Assembly (NCBI RefSeq): GCF_018350175.1
Contig: NC_058368.1
Coordinates: forward strand, 29,266,001 to 29,330,000
Source of the DNA: Felis catus
Taxonomy: Eukaryota
DNA: 64,000 nt
Reading direction: 5' to 3'
Under the pieces are notes generated by a model. The model searched no databases, had not been told where the DNA came from, and saw nothing but the letters and a program-made list of their open reading frames with translations. The translations under genes and the position numbers were made by a program. Every line of letters starts with the position of its first letter. The stretch's first letter is position 1. Positions 12,756-23,434 of the stretch are shown here, piece after piece.

Positions 12756-13671
12756 GAATCAGTACACACGCTGTACACTAGATGCAACAGTTGTTAACAT
12801 TTGCTGCCTTTGCCTTCTCTTCCTCCTCCACCTCCTGTGTTGCTGGTGAACCATTTGAAAGCAAGTTGCAGACCTCAAGACGTTTGTCCCCTAAATATTT
12901 TGGCATAAATATTTTTTTGGTTGCACAGGACTTCTACATTTTAAAACCACATTTCCAATTTAAGAAAAAACAGAACTAGTATAAGCCACTTATGGATTAA
13001 ATACAATCTAAATTTGAGGATTGGCATGAGAAGTTTGAGCTTGAAATGGTCCTGGGAGGTCCAGAGGACTTGGCAAGGCTGAGAAGGGCAAGGAGGGGCT
13101 GCGCATGTTAAAGTGGCAGCAAGGTGCCTGGGGCATTGATGGAGGCATTTCAGTCTTTCTTGCCCTTGGGAAATAATGTGTTATGAATGAAAAGGGTGGA
13201 ATTTTCAGGGCAAGAGTTAAAAAGCCTTATCTTTTCTGGGGAACAAAAGAAGGCAAACATCCTCCCAAAGATGGTTTGAGACCTAGAACCCTGTTAGGAA
13301 AGTCAAGCAAAGGAATTTTAAAGAGAGAGGTGGTAAATTTCAAGTCTATTCAGATCTCCTTTGTTTTGGTGTTTCCAGAGTTGGAAAGACACAACTTCTA
13401 GAAGATTGATTTTTAAATAAAATGCTAATGGAAACAAAGAAAGAGTAGAATTCCATTTACTCTTTTGGATTCACTTTTTACATAAAAGGCCAATATAACA
13501 GGATCCTCCCAAGTTAGCAATTGTGTTCATTATGTTGTATAGAACCACTTCAGTAATCCATTGTTGCTATTAAATATGGACTGTAAAGAAGGTAAATATA
13601 CATCTAATTCTTTGCTTTGTTTCTCTTATTTCTACTAATCAGGTTTTTATAATAACTGTCTCTTTTACCAG

Positions 13672-13785
13672 GAATTTTTATGTGGAGAGAAGCATCTGGA
13701 TCAGCTAATTCTAAGACTACTTCATTCAGCAGACGAAGAAGCCATTACTGAATTTTTGGATGAAAACCTTAAATCAGCAAAATAA
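13672..13785 (+). CDS. MTRF1: MTRF1 terminal coding exon, EFLCGEKHLDQLILRLLHSADEEAITEFLDENLKSAK*
   Basis: Pyrimidine tract plus ccag acceptor ending at 13671, in phase with the previous exon, TAA at 13783-13785. It resembles the recalled human MTRF1 C-terminus (...LKSAK). It is absent from the ORF track because it is short. Confidence 0.93.
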   Translation, partial: EFLCGEKHLDQLILRLLHSADEEAITEFLDENLKSAK

Positions 13786-14019
13786 ATCTTGATTTATTAT
13801 AGATTCTTCTATAAATGAAACAGACCTATCTCAAGAAGCAGCTGTTCATAAAGTGCAGCTAAAATTACACAGTACGTACAAATATATTTTTTAATGAATT
13901 AAGTCACATTTCTTGACCTAAGAATTTATAAAATACAGTCCCAACTCTTCAAGCAGAAAACAAGCATGCAATGAACATTGCAAAAAACAAAAAAATAAGC
14001 ATGTATTTTTGAAAAGAGA

Positions 14020-14025
14020 AATAAA
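14020..14025 (+). terminator. Candidate MTRF1 polyadenylation signal (AATAAA)
   Basis: AATAAA ~235 nt after the stop, followed by T/GT-rich sequence. Confidence 0.5.
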
Positions 14026-14076
14026 GTATTGGGAATTGATTATGTAATATAGGTCACTTCTTCTCTTTTATATGCC

Positions 14077-14685
14077 TTTTTTTTTTGAGAGAGAGAGAGA
14101 GGACGTGCAAGTTGGGGAGAGGGGCAGAGAGAGAGGGACAAAGAATCTCAGACAGGCTCCATGCATGAACTGGGGCTCGATCTCATGACCCCGGGATCAT
14201 AACCTGAGCCAAAACTAAGACTTGGACGCTCAACCAGCTGAGCCACCCAGGCACCCCCAAACATGCCTTTTTTTTAACCATCTATAAATTAAACACATTT
14301 TCCATTTATTACTTCAGGATTTTACCACATGGTAAAATTTAGTGATACAAGATTTATAAACTTCTTTGTAAACCCCTATTTAAAGAAAAAGTATTATTAA
14401 CCATGTTAAAATTAGGCTTTAAACTGCTACTTTTATTTTTTCTCTCTTTAAACTAATTTTTCTTAGTTTTTTTTTTAATATTGGTTTATTTTTGAGAGAG
14501 AGACAGAGAGACAAAGTGTGAGCAGGGGAGGGGCAGAGAGAGAGAGGAAGACACAGAATCCGGAGCAGGCTCCAGGCTCCGAGCTGTCAGCACAAAGCCC
14601 AACGCGGGGCTCGAACCCACAAACCACGAGATCATGACCTGAGCCAAAGTTGGACACTTAACTGACTGAGCCACCCTGGCGCCCC
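14077..14685 (-). mobile_element. Two Can-SINEs (14077-14257 and 14467-14685)
   Basis: Reverse SINE heads with (GA)n tracts. Confidence 0.9.
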
Positions 14686-15902
14686 AACCTGCTACTTTTA
14701 AATAAAAAATAAATATTGTGAAGAATATGAGTCAAAAATAATGATTTTAGAGCTCTTTGAGAACAGAACAAATTCTCTGCTGTATAAACTACATGCCAAT
14801 ATTTAAAGTGAACTCTCTGCTTGGCTTTTATTTCTTATTTCACTTTGGCTTAATTTATAAGCATCAACAGATGTGGTATAATGTGTGTAATTCTCTATGC
14901 CTGGTTTTGTGCAGTGATACATACAAAACCCTATCCTTACCTTACAGAGCTTCCAGTTGAGTGACAAAGCCAAAATATAAACCGTCGACTCTAATACAAA
15001 GTGGCATGATATATTTAGTAGTTGTGCTCAGAAAGTTTCTTGAGTTCAAAAGAGAAGGGTTATTATTTTAGACATTCCTCAGAGGGAAAGACTAGCTAAA
15101 ATAGAGTTTTAAGACCAATGGAATTAGGAGGTGAAATTTTTTTCAGTGAAATTTTTTTCTCAGTTTTTTATTTTGAAACTTTTCAAGCACATGGAAAAGT
15201 TTTTAAAATACTTTTTAAAAAATAGTGCAACGAACAGTATATACTCTAGTGTCCCACTATTACCCTTTTGCCATGGTTGTTTTTTTCTCTCTATATACAC
15301 ATACACATACCTGTGGTGGTTATTGGACCATTTAAAAGTTAGTTGCAGACTCTGTAATACCACGCCAAACTATCTCAGCTTGTCCTGAGAATAAGGACAT
15401 TCTCCTACAAAATCATAACTCCATTATTATACTTAGTTATGTAATAATAATTAATAATGACTGTATAATATAGTTTAATATCTATCACATGTTAAAATTT
15501 CTTCAATTATCCCTAAAATGTCTTTCTAGCTGTTTTCTGTTAGTTTTGTACAATCCAGGATCCAGTCAAGATTCACACATTGTATTTGGTTGTATCTCTT
15601 TAGTGTTTGGATTAATCCCCCAACCTTTTTTCCCACATGACATTGACCTTTTAAAGAATCCCACAAGGTTGTTTTGTAGAATGACCTACATCCAGGTTTG
15701 TCTGGCTGCTTCCTCGAGCTATTGGTAACTTTTATCCATCCCTTCAATGTACTATGAAGTAATATTAAGTCTAAAAATTAATTAAATTTAGTAAACACAT
15801 TTGACAAGGCTACTTCATGGGTAATTTTGTGAAATTCAGTGTATTGTGCCAGGAAGTTCTATGGAGTTATACTTTGGCATTATATAAACATTTCATTCCT
15901 TG

Positions 15903-16357
15903 GGGCACCTGGATGGCTCAGTCAGTTAAGCGTCCAGCTTCAGCTCAAGTCATGATCTCATGGTTCGTGGGTTTGAGCCCCATGTCGGGCTCTGTGCTGA
16001 CCGCGCGGAGCCTGGAGCCTGCTTCAGATTCTGTCTCTGTCTCTCTCTGCCCCTTCCCTGCTCGCACTCTGTCTCTCTCTGCCTCTCAACACTAAGTAAA
16101 TGTTTAAAAAAAAAAAACCAAACATTTCAGGGGCGCCTGGGTGGCTCAGTTGGTTAAGCGTCCGACTTCGGCTCAGTTCATGATCTCGTGGTCTGTGAGT
16201 TCGAGCCCCGCGTCGGGCTCTGTGCTGACCGCTCAGAGCCTGGAGCCTGTTTCAGATTCTGTGTCTCCCTCTCTCTCTGCCCCTCCCCCGTTCGTGCTCT
16301 GTCTCTCTGTCTCAAAAATAAATAAATGTTAAAAAAATTAAAAAACAAAAACAAAAA
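15903..16357 (+). mobile_element. Two tandem Can-SINEs (15903-16117 and 16130-16357)
   Basis: A catttca target repeat appears before, between and after the copies, indicating sequential insertion. Confidence 0.92.
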
Positions 16358-16377
16358 CCATTTCATTCTTCATTTAG

Positions 16378-17363
16378 TGTTAGGCAGCTTCTGAGATGAC
16401 CCCAGTGATCTCATTCTTGGCCTTCGTACACTTTTGTAATCTGTTCCCCTTGAACATGAACTGGATTTGTTGACTGTCTTCTAACAAATAAAATGTATAG
16501 AAGTGGTAGGATTGTCACTTCCAATATTGGGTTGTAAAGAGACCTGCCTCTGGTTCAGGCTCTCTGGCTCTGCCTCTCTTTCTGGCCATGCACACTGTTG
16601 CTGGGTAGACTGGGGAGACCCTGGGGCCCTGAGACCTCCAACCAGCCTGTCTCCAGAATGTCACCAGAGGCTCTTGGCCTCATCACAAGAAAGAATCCAA
16701 GACCAGACACAACAGTTGAACAGTGCAAGTAGGAAAGTTTATGAAAGTGAGAGTACACTCAGGTGAGCTCAAACGAAAGCTGGTGGAATATTTATTACCT
16801 GGGGAGGCGATTTGTGGGGGAGCAGGTTTTTGTGCCTTTTCTCCCTTACTTGGTCAAGGTTTCTGGTCTTCCTGGTCTTGGGCCTCTCTGGTTTGATCCA
16901 GCTTCTTGTGGCTTTGTTTCTGGAGTGCTGCCAGGACAGGTCTCTACTTTCCCCGGGAGCTGGCCATGACTCCCCTTTTGCTGGCCTACAGGCATTCTCT
17001 TAAAACCTAACTAACTTCCTACTCTAACAACACAGGCGGAAGCAAGGGGATGTGAGCAGCTCTATAGAATAGCCTGAGCTGTGTGACAGAACTGAGGACC
17101 ATGTTCCAACAGCTCTCAAGAAATTAAAGTCTGCCTCCTAGCACATGTATGAGCTTGGAAGCAGATCATTCAGCCCCAGAGGTGTCTTGAAATGACAGTG
17201 GTCCTGGTCAGCAGCTTCACTACAATTTCGTGAGACCCTTGAGCCAGAGGCACACCACTGAGCTGCTCAAGGATACCTGCTTCTTAGAAATTGAGTAAAT
17301 TAATGTTGTTTTTAGCTGCTAATTTGGGCGTAATTTCTTACACTAAAATATGTAACTAATACA
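16378..17363 (+). mobile_element. MLT1 (MaLR) LTR split by a younger LTR
   Basis: 5' tgttaggcagcttctgagatgacccc and 3' ...gctgctaatttggg...taactaataca are typical MLT1 ends. Confidence 0.75.
16596..17029 (-). mobile_element. ERV1-class solo LTR (434 bp)
   Basis: TG...CA ends (tgttg...taaca) with 4-bp TSD acac at 16592-16595 and 17030-17033. Orientation is inferred from a U5-like segment. Confidence 0.75.
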
Positions 17364-18640
17364 CCCAATGACCTTTCATCTCATTGATTTAATATCAGTT
17401 AATGATGCTTGCTTTGCCTGAATCAGCTCTTCCACTGGGAGTTACAAAATGGTGATGTTCTCATTCTTTCTACATTAATAGCTGGCATTCTTTACAGAAA
17501 GCTTTCTTTTGTTTTTCCTCTCACTTTCTCTGAGTTGAGAGATAATTTAATCCTATTTGAATCAGTATCATTATTATCTCCCTAGGAGTAGGCATTGCCC
17601 TCTAAAATAATTGATGTCTCTGGAGAATCTGATTTAACTTGAAATAATGTTCAATTACATAGGGAGTTTCAGGGCAAAGGTTAGAAACACAGAAACTAAA
17701 TTTTGTTGTCACGTATTTTACATAACAGAAACATTTATCCAAGAAAATGTGAATATTAAAACATTGTGTGAATCAAAGCAAAATGAACATAGTCTAATAA
17801 GCTATGCTATGTCAAGTGTTAGATCACGTCATTTTCATAATTCTTTTTTTCCCAGAAGAAAACCACTAAATACATAAACCCCAAAACATGATTTCTGCAA
17901 AACTTCACTAAGAAAGTGAAAAATTATAAGAGGGAAAGCAGTAGAAAAGGGTATTGATTTGTTACGATTTATTCATTTGGTGATCAGTGTTTAACACTCT
18001 ATACATGCCAAGGAAGGGTGGGCTCTAAGAGGGAATGAGGGCAAAAGGAAAAGTGCTTCTTCAGCCAAAGGCTGAAGAGGCTCCACCTTCCTGGAAGGAA
18101 GCCCCGACCTTAGCACCACCAAGGTCTTTGCCCTTCCCTCGTCCTCCAGCTCTGGCTTTTCCTTCAAGCACACACTTTATTTGGAGGGAAAAAATCAAAA
18201 GTTGGAACTATGAACCTATTAAAATCTTGGATGCTCTTTTTTTCCAAACCTCTATATATGTACAAATCACTTGGGGATCTTGCCATGACGTAGATTTTAA
18301 TTCAGAAGGTCTAGGGCCTGTCGTTCTGCATTTCCACAATTCATTTCATTTCCACAAGGTCCCAGGTCACAGCAGGTACTACAGACTAACAAACACCACT
18401 TGGAATAGCAAAAATCTAGGATCTCTGTTATTCAGTGAGTACTTTCAGTTGTCATACATACTATTTTTGGACAATGAGTTTCAATTAAACCTGTAATCCT
18501 GCTTCATTCAGATAGACTGATGAGCCTCTCACACTATGAAGATAAACTTGACATCTTTTAATTGTTAGTAGAAAAAATGTTAGGAATCAACTAATAAGCC
18601 AATAATAAATCAGGGTTCTTTGTAAAAAAAAAAAAATCTT

Positions 18641-19769
18641 GGGGTGCCTGGGTGGCACAGTCGGTTAAGCGTCCGACTTCAGCCAGGTCACGATCTCGCG
18701 GTCCGTGAGTTCGAGCCCCGCGTCAGGCTCTGGACTGATGGCTCAGAGCCTGGAGCCTGTTTCCGATTCTGTGTCTCCCTCTCTCTCTGCCCCTCCCCGT
18801 TCATGCTCTGTCTCTCTCTGTCCCAAAAATAAATAAACGTTGAAAAAAAAAAATTTAAAAAAAAAAATCTGGAAAGCCAAAGTTTATTGCCTCATTCGCA
18901 CAATACCTTTAGAATACCAAGGAATAACAAACTTTATTTAAAAAATAAACTTAGGGGCGCCTGGGTGGCTCAGTTCGGTTGAGCGTCCGACTTCGGCTCA
19001 GGTCATGATCTCACGGTTCGTGAGTTCAAGCCCTGCGTCGGGCTCTTGCTGACAGCTCAGAGCCTGGAGCCTGTTTCAGATTCTGTGTCTCCCTCTCTCT
19101 CTCTGACCCTCCCCCGTTCATGCTCTGTCTCTCTCTGTCTCAAAAATAAATAAACGTGAAAAAAAATTTTTTTTAAATAAACTTAGGGGTGGCTGGGTGT
19201 CTTGATGGGTTAAGTGTCGGACTTTTGATTTCGGCTCAGGTCATGATCTCCATTCATGGGATTGAGCCCTGTATTGGGCTCCACACTTATAGCACAGAGC
19301 CTGCTTGCGATTCTCTCTCTCCCTCTCTCTCTGCTCCTCCCCTGCTCACACACGCACTCTGTCTCTCAAAGTAAATAAACTTTAAAAAATAATACATAGG
19401 GGCACCTGTGTGGCTCAGCTAGTTAATCATCCAACTTTGGCTCAGTCATGATTTCACTGTTCATGGGCTCAAACCCTGCATCCAGCTCTGTGCTGACAGC
19501 TCAGATCCTGGAGCCTGCTTCAGATTCTGTCTCTCCCTCTCTTTCTCTCCCCCTCCCCTGCTTGTGCGCTCTCTCTCTTTCAAAAATAAATAATTAAACA
19601 TTTTTTAAAAATAAATAATAAGTAAATAAACTTAGAGATATTTTTCCTCTTTTTTAAAAGTCTATTTTGTTTGTTTTGACGCGGGGCTTGATCCCATGAA
19701 CCAGGAGATCATGACTTGAGCCAAAATGCAGAGTCAGATGCTTAACCAACTGAGCTACCCAGGTGCCCC
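18641..19769. mobile_element. Cluster of five Can-SINEs (+ 18641-18868, 18954-19175, 19185-19390, 19398-19625; - 19652-19769)
   Basis: Successive SINE heads and tails, with repeated target aaataaacttag. Confidence 0.92.
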
Positions 19770-19988
19770 AACTTAGAAATATTTTTAATTGACTTTGAAA
19801 TTGAGTCAAGGGATCTAAAATCAGCAAACTACTACAAACAGTCAAAAAATTAAAAGACACGGTCTTTAAAAGCATATTCTTGTGTTGGTGGTCAATAATG
19901 ATTAGAAGGATGTGGAGGCAGGTGCTTCCAGGTTGCTGGCAATGTTTTATTTCTTAAGCTGAGTAGGGTTACACAGGTGTATTCATTT

Positions 19989-20730
19989 TGGAACGAAAAC
20001 TGGGAGGAAGGGGTTCCAGAAAGCAGAGTACTCAAATACATGGAAACCAGTCCACAGAAACAATTTCCAGAAGTCCATGAGACATACACGCATGCACATA
20101 CACACAAAGTCAATCAGGAACAACATTCAGAGGGAAAGGTGAGAGGCGTTGCCCCAGGGAAGAGGATGTCTGATCTGTAAGAAAGGAATGTTGAAGTCAC
20201 CCAGAAATGGAAATGGTGGCAGTACCAGTGAACCTCCTCAGAAGAAAAGGGCCAGAGTAGATCCTGCTGTTGGAAACATTCATGACCGGAGTTGAAGTTA
20301 AACATTTCTGAAGAACTAGGGGCTCCTGGGTGGCTCAGTCCGTTAAGCATTCGACTTCAGCTCAGGTCACAATCTCAAAGTTCGTGAGTTCGAGCCCCGC
20401 ATCGGTCTCTGTGCTGACAGCTCAGAGCCTGGGGCCTGCTTTGGATTCTGTGTCTCCCTCTCTGCCCCTCCCCTACTCATGCTGTGTCTCTGTCTCTCAA
20501 AAATAAATAAATGTTGGGGAAAAAAAAACATTTCTGAAGAACTAAAACCACGATTGTTGATGACTGAGGTGTAATTGCCAAGCAAAAACAGTTCTTTTAT
20601 CTTCCTGTCAAGAAGAATATGGAGTCCATTGTAAAGGATTATGCAAATTATAAGAAATCTTGAGGAAACACAGAAAATAAAGGACTTTATTTTAGTGCTG
20701 TTAATGAAGTTGTGGCAGGAATTTAAGAAA
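19989..20730 (+). pseudogene. MORF4L1: MORF4L1 (MRG15) processed pseudogene fragment, truncated at both ends and interrupted by a SINE
   Basis: It reads WNENWEEGVPESRVLKY...NQEQHSEGKVRGVAPGK, then GNGGSTSE, KKRARVDP, and after the SINE KQKQFFYLPVKKNMESIVKDYANYKKS*GNTENK...AVNEVVAGI. This is collinear with MRG15 with no introns. Stops (20178-20180, 20661-20663) and frameshifts are present. Confidence 0.92.
20319..20528 (+). mobile_element. Can-SINE inserted in the MORF4L1 pseudogene
   Basis: 19-bp TSD aaacatttctgaagaacta at 20300-20318 and 20526-20544. Confidence 0.95.
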
Positions 20731-20799
20731 TAAAGTCTTTAAATAAATAGATAAAATGGGTATACCAATTTATATTCCTATGATTAGTATATGAAGGTT

Positions 20800-21200
20800 C
20801 CAAAGAGAACCTACCAACACCCTGTCTCTATCATCACCAACATTAGCATTTTTGACCTTTTTAAGTTTAGCCATTCTCATGGGTATGCAGTGTTTTCTCA
20901 TGAATTTAATTTGCATACATCTGAGAATGAATGACAATGAGCAGCTTTTTCATGTTTTTATTGACCACTGATTTGTGAATTACAGATAGATATATATATA
21001 GATTTAGATATAGATATATATGTAGCTTTCGCCTATCAAAAGCAGTGAAAAAAAAGGGCAAGCATAGCAATATATGACTTACCTTTTTTTTTCACTGCTT
21101 TTGATAGGCAAAAGCTTGTAATTTTGTCAAAATTCATTTTACCATTTTTTTTTTATGATTGGTGTTTCTTGTGTCCTAAAATCTTTGCATACCTCAGAGT

Positions 21201-21236
<36 letters not shown>

Positions 21237-21296
21237 TTGTGTACCAGTTGTTCAGCACCGTTTGTTGAACAGACTTTCCTCTCCCCATTGAATTGC
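20800..21296 (-). mobile_element. Old L1 (L1M) fragment, antisense
   Basis: ttagccattctcatgggtatgcagtg...ttaatttgcat and ccagttgttcagcaccgtttgttgaa are antisense L1 ORF2 hallmarks. Confidence 0.7.
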
Positions 21297-21336
21297 TGGG
21301 TTTCTAAACCCCATTAGAAACCAATGCTGGGTTTCT

Positions 21337-21475
21337 AAAATTTTAAATTCAGTACCTCAGTTGCATTAGCCATATTTCAAGTACTCAGGAGCTATCCGTG
21401 GCTTCTGGCTACCTTATCAGTTAGCACAGACATGAAATGTTTGCAGCATCACGACCTACTGTGGCAGCACTGCTC
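21337..21475. mobile_element. MER3/MER33-like hAT-Charlie MITE fragment
   Basis: aaattcagtacctcagttgcattagccatatttcaagt...gtggcttctggctacc resembles MER3. Confidence 0.7.
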
Positions 21476-21579
21476 TAGAATTTTGGGCACAGTACCAACT
21501 AAATACTTTGGATTCTGTAAAAGGTCCTCTAAACCAACTAACAAAGAGCAGATATAAGGAAGTTAAAAATCAATCACTG

Positions 21580-21840
21580 AACTGATACACAGTACCTAAC
21601 AGTCAAATTCAAAGAAACAGAAAGTAGAATGGTGGTTGCCAGGGGTTTGGGAGAAGGGGGAAAGGCGAGTTACTGTGAATGGGGACAAGCTTCAGTTCTG
21701 CAAGGTGGAAATAGTTCTGGAGATGGATGGTGGTGATGGTTGCAAAACAACGTGAATGTACTTACTGTCAAAGAAATGTACTCTTAAAGAATTGTTTCAA
21801 ACGGTAACTAATGCATATTTTACCAATATAAAAAAAAAGT
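21580..21840 (+). mobile_element. L1MB-type 3' end
   Basis: acagaaagtagaatggtggttgccagggg...gttctggagatggatggtggtgatggttgca, followed by an A tail. Confidence 0.8.
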
Positions 21841-22749
21841 AAATTGCTTTTTTCCCCAGCTGTTTTAGGGCAGGGGAGAAGCAATCAGTGTTACTTACTA
21901 ATGAGCTAATTCTCTCAAATGTATCAGAGGGATACCCAACAAAGGTACAGGAGCCCAGAGCCCTGGAGTATTTCCAGTAGAAGCTCTTCAGCTAATAGGA
22001 AAAGAGAGCAAAACAATTGGTATTCTCCTGCTATGTGTTATCCACCTATCAATGTAATACTAAAGATTTCATTAAGTTGTGGTAACACATGACAAGCTAG
22101 CGGCAAAAGCAACATACTTTTTAAGTAAAACTTCTCTAAAACAGAACAAATCCCAATCTTTAAGCACTTGATTTTGACAATTTAACAATATTAGTCAATA
22201 CATATATAAAACACTTTTGTAAAGCATAGACTGAACTATATTAATTCAAAATATTAGGACATGTACGAATAGGAAGCTCTGAGGATCTTGTGCTTTAGTA
22301 CAATACAAGGTCTGTTTAAATATTTTATTTTAAAATTCTCGTTTAAACTCCTTAATAAAGACAATTCCATAATCTTCAACCGATTTGTGGAAATGAAAGG
22401 AGCAGTATTAGACGACTTGAAAACACTAATATTAAGAACTTTATGAAAATAATCTTGCTCCCCAGGAGGAAGTATTTGGTGAGATAACCCACCTCTTTAT
22501 GTGCCTGCTTTGCATTTTTGAGGCCACCTGTATGCGATCCTCTAGGACCTCATCTTTGAGACATCCTTATGAACCTACGGATATCGTTTAGTATTGAAAA
22601 TATTGTAATAACCTTCGGAACCTTTCAAAAGAAGCGACACTAAGAACTGCAAGTTTTCTTGCAGAAATTGCTCACGGTTTCACATGCGGGTACGTTATTT
22701 TTTAATAAGTTCCAAAAGAAAGGCTAACAATGATTGAATCTATATTCTA

Positions 22750-22950
22750 GGTACGGTGTTCAGCATGTAATTATTCTAATCAACAAATATGTATTGGCGC
22801 GTCCTATGCAATTTATCTCATTTCACTCCAATCCTATGAAAACTATTATCCCCATTTTATAAAGACGAAAAAGTTCTCAGAGAGTAGTCACATAAGGAAT
22901 ACTAAAACAGAGATCTTGCCCTGGAACTTCAAAGCCAATTCTCCAAACCA
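22750..22950 (-). mobile_element. MIR fragment
   Basis: MIR core-like tattatccccattttata...gttctcagagag...gtcaca. Confidence 0.55.
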
Positions 22951-23029
22951 ACAAACCTAGAAGAATTAACGCTTTCAAATTCTATTAACTAAAACAGTCC
23001 GCCCTAAGAAACCTCGCGATATCACTCAA

Positions 23030-23054
23030 ACTACTACTCCCAACATGCACAGCG
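23030..23054 (+). promoter_or_regulatory. ZNF143/THAP11-type composite motif (ACTACTACTCCCAACATGCACAGCG)
   Basis: Close match to the ACTACAnnTCCCAnnATGC consensus, located in a CpG-island promoter. Confidence 0.7.
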
Positions 23055-23117
23055 GCTTCGGTCCGTCCGCCTATCCCCTTGATTTTGGAGGGCCCCAGCG
23101 TGCCTCGAGGCACGAAA

Positions 23118-23138
23118 GGCAGCCTGGGGGTTGTAGTT
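23118..23138 (-). promoter_or_regulatory. Second ZNF143/THAP11-type motif (minus strand AACTACAACCCCCAGGCTGCC)
   Basis: The reverse complement matches ACTACAAn(T/C)CCCAGnnTGC. Confidence 0.6.
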
Positions 23139-23434
23139 CTCGTGGACGCCTACCGGTATTGCCAGCGCGGCAGTGGCGGCTTTCTCGGTTCGGTCCAGCC
23201 GGTCTTGTAAGGTAGCTGAGACGGAGAAAGGGCGCGGAACTGGAAAAGGGTGAGTCAGGCACTGTCTACGCGATAAAGGGAGGCGGCACCGCGGCGTAGA
23301 GCTGAGTTAAGTAAGTGCGGCCCCTGCTTATTCAGGGACGCCGCGATCTAGCGCCAGCGAGAAGAGGGCGAGGAGGAGCCAGAGCCCGGTCCTTGCACCC
23401 ATTCTCGCCCTCGCACCCCGCCGCCATCTCCATC

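Noticed and set aside
18035..18496. 153-aa ORF
   Set aside because: No recognisable domain, the 3' half overlaps MER5-like repeat sequence, and there is no supporting gene structure.
23315..23434. 40-codon N-terminal extension of KBTBD7 from GTG 23315 (719-aa ORF in the track)
   Set aside because: It uses a non-ATG start in a GC-rich leader, where open frames arise by chance. The recognisable protein starts at ATG 23435.
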